Shown here: positions 1 to 9,830 of the stretch, one piece after another | How positions within the stretch are numbered: the first letter of the stretch is position 1 | How the letters are laid out: each line of letters starts with the position of its first letter | Source: Octopus sinensis | Taxonomy: Eukaryota | Assembly (NCBI RefSeq): GCF_006345805.1 | Contig: NC_043002.1 | Span: forward strand, 54,002,001-54,066,000 | Reading direction: 5' to 3' | Length of the DNA: 64,000 nucleotides | Notes under the pieces: model-generated | Databases searched by the model: none | What the model was told of the DNA's origin: nothing | The model's input: only the letters and a program-made list of their open reading frames with translations | Made by a program: the position numbers and the translations under genes

Positions 1-418
1 CCGCGAAGCAAATTAAATAAAATTTGGGATTTTTTGCGGAGAGTGAAAGTGGTAACAAGAACAGGACAGTGAGAAAGAGCAGTAAAAACAAACAGTGAGG
101 GCTGTTAGGCCAATACGATAGAAACGTTAATATGAACGCTAGGAAGACGAGCTTATGAAGGAGACAGTATAATTACGTTTTGTCTTTACGAAGGTAGGGG
201 AAAGAAAGATAGATTCTCTTTCGTCACGTGTCAGCGACGAGAGAGTCGAGGAGGCGGAGTGAGAGAGAGGGGGAATGGTAAAGAGGAAAGGAAAAGAATA
301 GGGAAAGGTGGGAGAGAAAACCAGAAAGGATGAAGAACAAGAAAGGGAGATAGTCAGAGAAGAGAGAGTAAAGACAGAAGAGTGCATATCGTAATTATTA
401 CGATAAAACATACTTGGA

Positions 419-458
<40 letters not shown>

Positions 459-1766
459 GCATGAATATAGTGTTGACGTCATAAGAATTTATAAACTTCG
501 AGAGAATGTAAAAGATTTTGTGTTTTTGGACTAGATAAAACTATAAATATTAGCGAGTGAATAATAAATTTAAAAAAACCCTTTGGCTACATCTCGTTGA
601 AGTCTGCCTGTGGGCTCGAACCCATACTACTGTAAGCATGACATTATTGGACTAAATTAATCTTTCGAATTTCACTAAGCATTTTAGAAGCTTCATGCTT
701 ACCAGCGAGAATTTTATATTTGCTATTATGTTAAACTGTCCTGTGTACAAATTTGGCGAAATGCGTTTCTTTTTTCAATATTAAATGTTGCTTGCAATCG
801 CCGGTTTTTTTTTTTTTTGTCAAACTATCGTATCTCCTGCTGCTTGGCATGCCAAGATATGAAAATTTTCAAAGTGTAGTACAACGATTTAGCATTTTTT
901 TAAAGTGTTGTAAGTACCACATGCTACAGTTTTGCAAATATATTTCTGACTGAAAATATCATACATGCTGGGAGGTACGATTTTCTGCACCCAGCAAAGT
1001 ATCATTGTTAAGCTGAAACAGTTGTTAATGTAAAAAGAAATAGAATGGTGAAACTCTTTTCATTTTCTGAAAATGAACATTTTGGAGTTACGACAATTAT
1101 GCATAGTATTCGTCAAAAGAATTAATGAACTTCGAGGAAATAATTCTTTTTCATTTTTATTATTGGAATATGAAACTGAAAGTAAGTATAATTTTAAATT
1201 ATAGCGTGTAAATATATTAGGGTAAAAAGCACTGCAGATAGAAAAAATCCCATTCGTTTTTATAGAGAAGATGCCTGTATATTTACAATAAAGAAGCAGT
1301 CGTACGTTATCACAAACCCGACAAGGAATAGTAGTTTGAAGATTCCTAAGACTACACACTTTATTCAAATAAGGGACTCGTTAAATATCGTCCTTGATGC
1401 TATATGGGCGAGGATGTAGCAGAGTATCTTAACACGAAAATTTCGTGCTTACAAGAACATCATAGGCATAGAGTTAAACCAAATCAACGACAATACGAAC
1501 AACTATAATTGTGCAACACAGAGAGGAGTCAAAATATATTATGAGCCTGACTTTGATCGGCAAAATATACTGTTATTATGTTCGGACATCTTGCTTTATC
1601 TATCAACAAAAGACCGATTGATGTTTGGCATTGCAACTTATTGAGCAACTGGTGCTATCAATTACGTTATTTCATATCTTTTATTGTGCCGTCAGCGAGT
1701 GAATTTTATATCTTTCTGAACAATTTGATAGATTAAAAATCATAATAATGGTGCAGAAAAAGTATA

Positions 1767-1891
<125 letters not shown>

Positions 1892-2085
1892 TGTATGTAT
1901 ATATTCATATACATATATATATATAAAATTTGAAAAAAAACACCTTTTATCAATTCAAAATAAACAATCAAATTACACCATCTAGAAAATTACATATAAT
2001 AGAAATATTAAAATTAAAATAACAATAAAATATCAATAATTAAGTAAATTGCAAAAAAATAATAAAAACGTATATAATTGGTAGA

Positions 2086-2176
2086 ATAACAACACGTGTT
2101 TCGTGGCTATATTTAAGAAATGATTATAGTAGTAGTAAAGTCACTTCGATATAAATATAGCCACTCATCAGGATAA
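2086..2176 (-). ncRNA. Hammerhead ribozyme motif (type I, PLE-associated) in an AT-rich Penelope-like remnant
   Basis: The minus strand reads CUGAUGA, then GUGGCUAUAUUUA...UAAAUAUAGCCAC (perfect 13-bp stem II; plus 2152-2164 and 2103-2115), then GAAA-C-ACGU-G-U-U. Stem III is the palindrome AACACGTGTT at 2091-2100. Stem I is weak (UUAUC/GUUAU). Confidence 0.75.
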
Positions 2177-2591
2177 AATTAAGCTAGAATGATAAAATAA
2201 TTAATTAATAAATATACTATATAATATATATATATATGTATATATACTAAATATAAAGTGAAAACTAAAGCAATACTTAAATTATTAAATACTTTAAAAT
2301 TAATTAAAATACACAATGCTAGTACAAGTCATTAAATTGTAATCAAAATACGAAATGGTTCAAATATAGACAAACTCATTAAATAAGCTAACTATATAAT
2401 TAATATACATGTGTAGTATCTTTAGATTTAATATATCAATCTATAACATAGTTGACTAAATATCAATTAATATAATACCTAATTAACTTAAAATTTAATA
2501 TTACATAATAAATATACCACCTAATAATTAAATAATATATTGTCTAGCGAAATTAATTCTCAAATTATATTAAATGTAATACGTTAGATCC

Positions 2592-2651
<60 letters not shown>

Positions 2652-2727
2652 CAGCTCTATATTTAAGAGATGAGGAAGTATATACATTATTTACAATTGA
2701 CGAATATTTGTCCTCATTTTTGTTGTT

Positions 2728-2773
2728 ATCACAACGTTTCGGCTAATATACTTTCCAGCCTTCATCAGGTGTC
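2728..2773 (-). ncRNA. Minimal hammerhead ribozyme variant (left arm)
   Basis: Minus strand: GACAC CUGAUGA A GGCUG-GAAAGUAUAU-UAGCC GAAAC GUU GUGAU. Stem I is GACAC/GUGAU (one mismatch) and stem III is the palindrome AACGUU. Confidence 0.7.
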
Positions 2774-3066
2774 TTCGGGAAATTTCGAACCTGGGTTCTC
2801 ATTCCTAAAATATTTTTCGATGTTGTTGTTATTATTATCATTATTATTATTATTGTTATTGTTATTCAGGTCGCTGCTATCGAACTCGGAATCTTGGTGT
2901 TAGTAGCCCGCGCTCTTGACCACTAACCCACAGGCATATGTTGCATTGGGTAAGAGCGCGGGCTACTAGATCCAAGATTCCGAGTCGGATTCCAGGCAGT
3001 AAACTGAATAATAATAATAATAATATTAATAATAATAATAATAGTAATAATAATAATAATAATAAT

Positions 3067-3102
<36 letters not shown>

Positions 3103-3180
3103 AATAATAATAATAACAACAAGAACAACAACATTGAAAAATACCTTAGAAAAGAGAACTCAGGTTCGAAATTTCCCCAA

Positions 3181-3226
3181 GACACCTGATGAAGGCTGGC
3201 GGCTATATCAGCAGAAACGTTGTGTT
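3181..3226 (+). ncRNA. Minimal hammerhead ribozyme variant (right arm)
   Basis: GACAC CUGAUGA A GGCUG-GCGGCUAUAU-CAGCA GAAAC GUU GUGUU. Stem I GACAC/GUGUU is fully paired. C11.1 is mutated to A in this copy. Confidence 0.65.
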
Positions 3227-3276
3227 AACAACAAAAAGATGAGGGCAAATATCCGTTAATTGTAAATAAGGTAATT

Positions 3277-3307
<31 letters not shown>

Positions 3308-3311
3308 ATAT

Positions 3312-3445
<134 letters not shown>

Positions 3446-3504
3446 TATATACATACATACATATGTATCATATGTATCCCTACCTATTCAGGACAGGTAG
3501 ATAA

Positions 3505-3588
<84 letters not shown>

Positions 3589-3639
3589 GTGGGTCCGGCT
3601 GTGAAAAGTTGGTATAGCTCGTTTGCAAAACACCGAGAT

Positions 3640-3725
3640 AAATAAATGGATAATTAAATAAATGGATAATAAATAAATGGATAATTAAATAAATGGATAA
3701 TAAATAAATGGATAATTAAATTAAA
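3640..3725. repeat. Minisatellite AAATAAATGGATAAT(T), about 5 copies alternating 16 and 15 bp, next to the (GATA)n array at about 3500-3587
   Basis: Read directly from the sequence. Confidence 0.85.
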
Positions 3726-4269
3726 TAAATAACAATTAAATCTTACGAATGCAAATACATATGACTGAAATATAATTCTATATAGTACGGCAAATGAAGT
3801 CCAAAGTATTAAGAAAAGGTCGTCTTTTAAATAGCGACAGAAACAGAGAGAGAATCCTAGCCTAAGAAAGAAATTTGAAAAGACTACTTTAAATGCAGCC
3901 TGATAGGGAGTGCAATAGAAACATGTGATGGAAATCATCAGAAATGGGTAGCGAGAAATACTAAGAAACAAGAGACAAGTAGAGAGTGGCTGAAAAGGAG
4001 TGAGGGCAAAGTAGAGCGAGTTTAAGACGGTGTTAATCACAGCAAAAGAAACAAATCCATCGTGATGAAAATTATGTTAGTGTTTCTGTATTAACCAGAT
4101 TATACGTGACAAAAAATGACGTAAGAAAGAATTGATTAGCACAAATAAAAATGTTTGATACTAATTGATATAGTTAAAATTGTAGGGAGATGGAAAATTG
4201 ATTTATAAACATTATTTTACATCGGTTTTTATCGAAGTTTTATATTTATCTTAACTCTTATTTTTTCAG

Positions 4270-4355
4270 TTGTTGTCCTGTGTAGTCTAATTAATATAGC
4301 AAGTGAATTTTCTGTGACTAGTTGTTCAAAAGATAACACGAAATGTCGAAAGTGA
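4270..4355 (+). CDS. Candidate exon, unassigned (xVVLCSLINIASEFSVTSCSKDNTKCRK*)
   Basis: Strong acceptor (cttaactcttattttttcag). Only one frame stays open. A possible phase-1 donor lies at GCAA|gtgaat. No recognised homology. Confidence 0.2.
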
Positions 4356-4594
4356 CTGTCTGCAAAAACAGAAAAATTGTGTTTAGATATTGAAATTTAA
4401 TTATGAATTCAAAATTAATTGGAAAAAATGAAATATTTTGTTGGTTATTAATCAATTCACAAAGATGAGAAAATTAAACAATTCCCAGGTTGCCTCTCAA
4501 ACTTGTAAAAAAGTTGACAGCTAAAACAAAATCATACCATATATGTGTGTATGATTACATATATATATATGCGTGTGTGTTTGCATATATAATA

Positions 4595-4650
<56 letters not shown>

Positions 4651-5010
4651 CAAGGGTCGCAGAACTGCAACAATCAAGCACTTGTCTGATGTTGCTGAAA
4701 AGAGATCAATGTGGACATGAGCAAGGAGAAATGAACAACGGATCTAGTTATGAATTCCGTTAGTTCTTTACAGAAAATATAAGGCGGAAGAGATCTGATT
4801 CCTTCGCCGGTCAAAGTGGCTTAGTGGACAGAAACGCAGACCTGGAAGAACAATTTCGGATCCTGTTAGAAACAGGATTTGGGAAAACAGTAGGAGGACA
4901 CCTAGGAGTCATGACCTGGTCTCCCGTAGAGTATCAAGTATAAAGAGGGTCGAAATACTTGTCAGATGGGAGTTCTTCCTCTGAAAATTTCTCCTCCTGT
5001 GTGGTGGCCT
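4651..5010 (+). mobile_element. 3' fragment of a Hero-like (restriction-like endonuclease) non-LTR retrotransposon
   Basis: Translates as KGRRTATIKHLSDVAEKRSMWT*ARRNEQR, resembling the C-terminal G..R.AI...AE.AS.WLW.KR motif of Hero-clade ORFs. A GC-richer putative 3' UTR follows. Confidence 0.5.
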
Positions 5011-5057
5011 TCGGCGAGTTTCTATTATTTATTCCTGTGTATTTGTTTGCGTTCACG

Positions 5058-5097
<40 letters not shown>

Positions 5098-5099
5098 CG

Positions 5100-5156
<57 letters not shown>

Positions 5157-5192
5157 ATGTAAATGTATGCAAGTATACATAAACACACATAT

Positions 5193-6236
5193 AGTATAGA
5201 GAGAAAACAGGGTAATGCCGTTAGTAGGAGAGGTTGTGAAGGTGAAAGTGGAGAATGAAGTATAGTATTGGAATTAAACAGAGGACACTAAGCTAAGTTA
5301 AGGGGAACTGAGAGAAGTAAATACAAGTCAAAAGACTTATGAATAAGAGAGGAGAAAATAAACAAGTAAAAGAGTGTAACAAGTGAAAAATGAAAACGAG
5401 AAAGTGAAAAGCTGAGGCAGCGGTTAGGCTGTTGGACTCAAGATCGCTAGATCGAGGTTTCCATTCCCTGACTAGGCGGTGCGTTTTGTTCTTAGGCAAA
5501 ACACTGTATTTCACATTGCTTCAGTCCCCCTTTCGATCAGAGGAGAATGCTGGCCTGCTCTGCTCGCCTAGCCAGCATGGTGGCATCATTTAAAGGCTAA
5601 AACAATGGACAAGCGCATTGCGACCATGATGTGTAACAATGTCTGATAGCCTGGTCGGTCACGTGGCACATGAACTGTTAGGAAACCCTCAGAAAAGAAG
5701 CTGGATCATCACGCAGACAGACATACTGGCAGACAGACAGGCAGGCAGGCAGACAAACAGACAGACCGATACAACCTACTAGTACAGACTTGGTGCTAGT
5801 TCTTCGGTTAAGCATAAGAAAAATCAGCGCTTTCATCAGACGTTCTATATGGTGGTTATTGCTAGCGTTGGTCAAAGCTTCAAGAAGCAATAGATGAATT
5901 TTCAGCCGTCAGGTTCATTACGGCGGTTGAGGCCTCTTTTTTTTATTAAATATGCCTCCTTTATTCGGAGTTTGACTATATCCGTTTCCCTTGCCAGTAT
6001 ACGGGTGGAGAAATCTTCATCACAATGCTGGTGGTGTTGGAATACGGCACTGGCTTTCATTTCTCCATTGTTGCTTTCTCGTTCGTATTCTCTTGTCTTG
6101 TTCTAAAGTACTGTGACTTATATTTACTTATCTTAGCTTAGTGTCTTCTGTTTTATTCTGATACTATAATTCACTCTCTGCTTTCACCTTTGCAACCTCT
6201 CCTACTGACGGCAACACCCTGTTGTCTTTCTATACT
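5193..6236. repeat. Diverged inverted repeat (arms about 5193-5331 and 6115-6236) enclosing a SINE
   Basis: GTATAGAGAGAAAACAGGGTAATGCCGTTAGTAGGAGAGGTTG...GACACTAAGCTAAG matches the reverse complement of 6132-6236, roughly 80% identical by eye. Confidence 0.8.
5412..5670 (+). mobile_element. tRNA-derived SINE, family with the GGCCTGCTCGCTAGCCAGC...GGTCACGTG tail
   Basis: tRNA-like head (GGTTAGGCTGTTGGACTCAAGATC...GGTTTCCATTCC). The tail is shared with 42951-43069 and the head with 34585-34690 (-). Confidence 0.75.
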
Positions 6237-6859
6237 AGACCACAACTATGTAGCTTGGGATACATCAGGACCTTATAAACATAAAATTGTTAGTTTTGGC
6301 TAATAACAATTTTAAATCAATACAAATATTATAATTCATACTATTGTCCCTCTAGAATGTGTGTGTAATAGTCAATAAAATTCGTTTCTTTTACTCTTCG
6401 TCTTACTGTACTTGAGTTGTAAAGTTTATAAATTGTAAATATTAAAAATCTACGATATGTTTCTGATTGTGATTTGATAAACAGTAGGCTCCCTAATTTG
6501 TCGCCATTGTACTTGTGTGCGTACTGATATTGAGTTTCCCATTTGGCCAGTATATATTTCGCATCGGAACGAGAATCTGATGTAGCAGATTAGTTTCTGT
6601 ATTTACAATTCCTATTTGTATTTGGAATTATTATTGTTTGCTTGTTTGTTTGTGTGTACGTGTGCGTGAGCTAATGTCATGTGTATGTAATATAATTGGA
6701 TCGATAGTAATATGAACGTACGCATAACCATTCTTAATTGACATAAATTGCTCAAATTGCACACCTTCGTGGAGTAACTCTTCCTCTATACAAGTGATTA
6801 GCCGGCGTTATAGTTGAACCCAACTATCGAATCCTTTTTGAAAGTAAAAGTTCGAATGC

Positions 6860-7600
6860 GTACTGTTTCATCCACATTTTTACAAACACTTTCTCTTCAT
6901 CTGCATTCCACATTGACCTAAAAGACTGCGCTTAATTGGTCTGGACAAGCAGCAGTCGGAGGCCGCCACATCCAGGCTATTGGAGATCAATGAACTGTCT
7001 AATGTGCCGATTGCCTGATTTGTTGCCAAAGTGTATTTTGAATGTCTCAATGTACATCTCACTGTTTATAGTTCAGTCATGTTCCAGTTAATGAGAGAAA
7101 GCAATGTTCTGGTCATCTCTCAGCACATTCACCAGTACATCTCTACCGATCGCTAGCTCTTGATCTTCTTAGACTTTGGAGAAGAAGTGTGACACTATTC
7201 TATTGACTGAGTCCTCGTTTCCGGATCTTGAAGATATGATCATGTTTCATCCCTTGTCAATAGATCGAAAACAAAACCTGTCTTCATTGATTTCAAAAGC
7301 TTACTAGAGATGAGAGCAGAATTCCACCCTTGCCTTTTCGAATTGGATATCAACAACCATGATAATCCACGGTGCACATACTTTCTGATATACAAAGTCG
7401 CCCATCATCTTTTATGTTATGCATTGTGATCACAGTCTGGTCAAGTCGTCCAGCCGCAGGCGATTCGCATTAGTACAAGCAGTTTACTATTTCCACTGCG
7501 CGGTCTGTTTTCAATAATCGTTTCCCCTTCTTTAACTTTTTCTTTCCCTTTCTGCACATCATCTATGTAAACCCTCTGAGATTGTCGGACAGTTTGATGA
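6860..7600 (-). mobile_element. Degenerate mariner (DD34D-type) transposase relic
   Basis: Minus-strand frames give ENRPRSG, KVCAPWI (WVP-like), LLTRDET*SYLQDPETRTQS (GDETW..YDPETK-like) and DVAASDCCLSRPIKRSLLG (DLAPSDFHLF..LK..L.G-like). Many stops and frameshifts. Confidence 0.8.
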
Positions 7601-7845
7601 CATGTTGTTTATAATCATGTATCGGACAGTGTATGCAATGTGGTTATCACGGTAGTTGCTGCCCATCCTGAAGGAGAGACGGTTGGAAGTCTCATCTGAT
7701 CTGTTGAATGCATTTGAAGCTGATGAAGACGAGTTTCTTTGATCTATTTTCAGAGAATGAAAGATAATCATAACTTTAAGATTCACCATTTTCTTGCAAT
7801 GATGACAAATAGGAGGAGGTCATATTAGAAATGAAGACTTATTCT

Positions 7846-8054
7846 ATTTTTCGATGTTGTTGTCATTATTATTATCATTATTGTTATTATTATTAAGGTC
7901 ACTGCCTAGAATCGAACTCGGAATCTTGAGCGCGGGCCACTAACCCCAAGATTCCGAGCTCAATAATAATAACAATAATAATAATAATGATAATAATATA
8001 ATAATGATATTAATAATAATAATAATAATAAATAATAATAATAATAATAATAAA

Positions 8055-8125
<71 letters not shown>

Positions 8126-8210
8126 GTAATAATAATAATAATAGCAATAATAATAATAATAATAAATAATAATAATAATAATAAGAAGAAGAAGAAGAAG
8201 AAGAAGAGAA

Positions 8211-8257
<47 letters not shown>

Positions 8258-8337
8258 AGAAGAAGAAGAAGAAGAAGAAGAAGAAGAAGAAGAAGAAGAA
8301 GAAGAAGAAGAAGAAGAAGAAGAAGAAGAACAACAAC

Positions 8338-8369
<32 letters not shown>

Positions 8370-8524
8370 GATCGAAAAATACCTTAAGAAGGAGAACCCA
8401 GGGTCGAAATTTCCCCAACGCACCTGATGAAGGCTGGAGGGTATATCAGCCGAAATGTTGTGTTAAAAAGAAACAAGATGAGGACAAATATCCATCAAAT
8501 GTAAATAATTTAAATAATGTATAT
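7846..8524. mobile_element. Second copy of the head-to-head tRNA-head/(AAT)n/hammerhead repeat; left arm truncated, internal microsatellite expanded
   Basis: 7846-7927 is the reverse complement of head + (AAT)n + CATCGAAAAA. The plus arm runs GAGCGCGGGCCACTAACCCCAAGATTCCGAG, then about 400 bp of (AAT)n(GAA)n(CAA)n, then ATCGAAAAATACCTTA...CTGATGAAGGCTG...GATGAGGACAAATATCC, as at 3130-3260. Confidence 0.85.
8420..8464 (+). ncRNA. Minimal hammerhead ribozyme variant
   Basis: GCAC CUGAUGA A GGCUG-GAGGGUAUAU-CAGCC GAAA U GUU GUGU. Stem II is perfect. C15.2 has changed to U, consistent with CpG decay. Confidence 0.7.
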
Positions 8525-9128
8525 TTGGTGAACTCATGTACGAATTTTATGAAGGGAGTAATTACTTTACATAATTATTAGAAGCTAATATTTTGACTTG
8601 CTTGATGTTTCTGCCCCAACTCTTACTTACTAATTATTCGTGCAACTGAAACAAGGAGAATATACATGCAAAAATTATGTAAGTCCTTTGAAAAATTACA
8701 AGTTACTGAGATTTTTATTGTATGTAAAATAACATTAGAAACTGCGTCACGTACCTTAAATATCATATGCAGACTACCTATTATATATTCTTCATTTCAA
8801 AGGCAATATTTTTATGTCTTCAGTAGCATATGTGTAAAACGCACCAAACGATAGAAGTTGTCGTGGTGAATCCATTTTAGAACAATATTCGTTTCTCTGT
8901 GAAGTATTCCAACCTATGAAGGTCTTTTGTAATTTCGAAATAATAATTGCAGTAACTGGAGATTCAATTGCTAAAATTGGTTATATTCAACAATAGATTT
9001 GCTATACATGAAAATATTACTTGTTTTTGCTTAAGTATCGCAAATATTTATTTTCTTTTTGGGTTTTTTGAATAGCTGTGAGAAGCAAGTATATATATAT
9101 GTATATATATATATATTATATATATATA

Positions 9129-9183
<55 letters not shown>

Positions 9184-9285
9184 ATTTTATATACGTATAT
9201 ATAATACTATCAGGTAATAATGATTTTAGAAAATTTTACTACCTGTGGCCTAGAGTGTAGAAAAATTAGTCAATAGATTATATAT

Positions 9286-9830
9286 TATTCATATAAATAC
9301 AGTGTACATTTAAAAATATAAGAAGTATCCTTCATAGGATTCCTTTCACACTAGAAGGAACAGCTAAAGTCCAAACCACTATTAGGGGTAAAAACTTGAA
9401 AGGAATGAAAAATAAAAACATTTACCATCTATTTCCTGGACAATGGTTTCTGACTTTTAAAAAAATAAAATAATTTGCTAGGCGAAGTCTTCATCAACAT
9501 TCTGCTGCAGAAAAAACACTGTGCTTGCACGGTGGATTTGAAAACTTATAATGTACAAGCAAGACGCACGTTCTGGATTTGCCTCGTACTTATATGTTTA
9601 ATCTAGGCGTACCTGTTGGTGAAGACTTCGCCTAGCAAAATTATTTTATTTGCTAAACGAAGTCAGAAACCATGGTCCAGAAAATAGAGGGTAAATGTTT
9701 TTTATTTTTCATTCCCTTCGAGTTTTTATCCTAATAATGGTTTGGAATTTAGCTGTTCCTTCTAGCGTGAAAAGAATCCTATGAAGGATACCTCTTATGT
9801 GTTTAAATGTACACTGTATTTATATGAATA
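9286..9830. mobile_element. MITE/foldback element with about 215-bp terminal inverted repeats
   Basis: 9286-9500 (TATTCATATAAATACAGTGTACATTTAAA...TGCTAGGCGAAGTCTTCATCAACA) is the reverse complement of about 9614-9830. The spacer is about 113 bp and the termini are TA. Confidence 0.9.

Larger units (their letters stand above)
2650..3277. mobile_element. Palindromic head-to-head repeat; each arm = tRNA-like head + (AAT/AAC)n + hammerhead-containing tail
   Basis: The reverse complement of 2700-2925 aligns with 2941-3265. The heads carry AAGAGCGCGGGCTACTA and a B-box-like GAGTTCGAT/GAGTCGGATTCC. Hammerhead cores lie at 2728-2773 (-) and 3181-3226 (+). Both sides are flanked by (TA)n or (TC)n arrays. 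Confidence 0.85.

Noticed and set aside
1060-1640. ORF 1060-1368 (-) and neighbouring non-repetitive sequence as a gene or transposase
   Set aside because: I recognise no motif and find no consistent splice structure; it is left unassigned.
2865-3006. tRNA-like sequences here and at the other SINE heads as real tRNA genes
   Set aside because: They lack a complete acceptor stem and cloverleaf and are fused to repeat bodies, so they are SINE heads.
3898-3935. CTGATAGGG...GAAACATGT (and the similar 105-130) as hammerheads
   Set aside because: The core box is corrupted and no stem II is present; at most unrecognisable relics.
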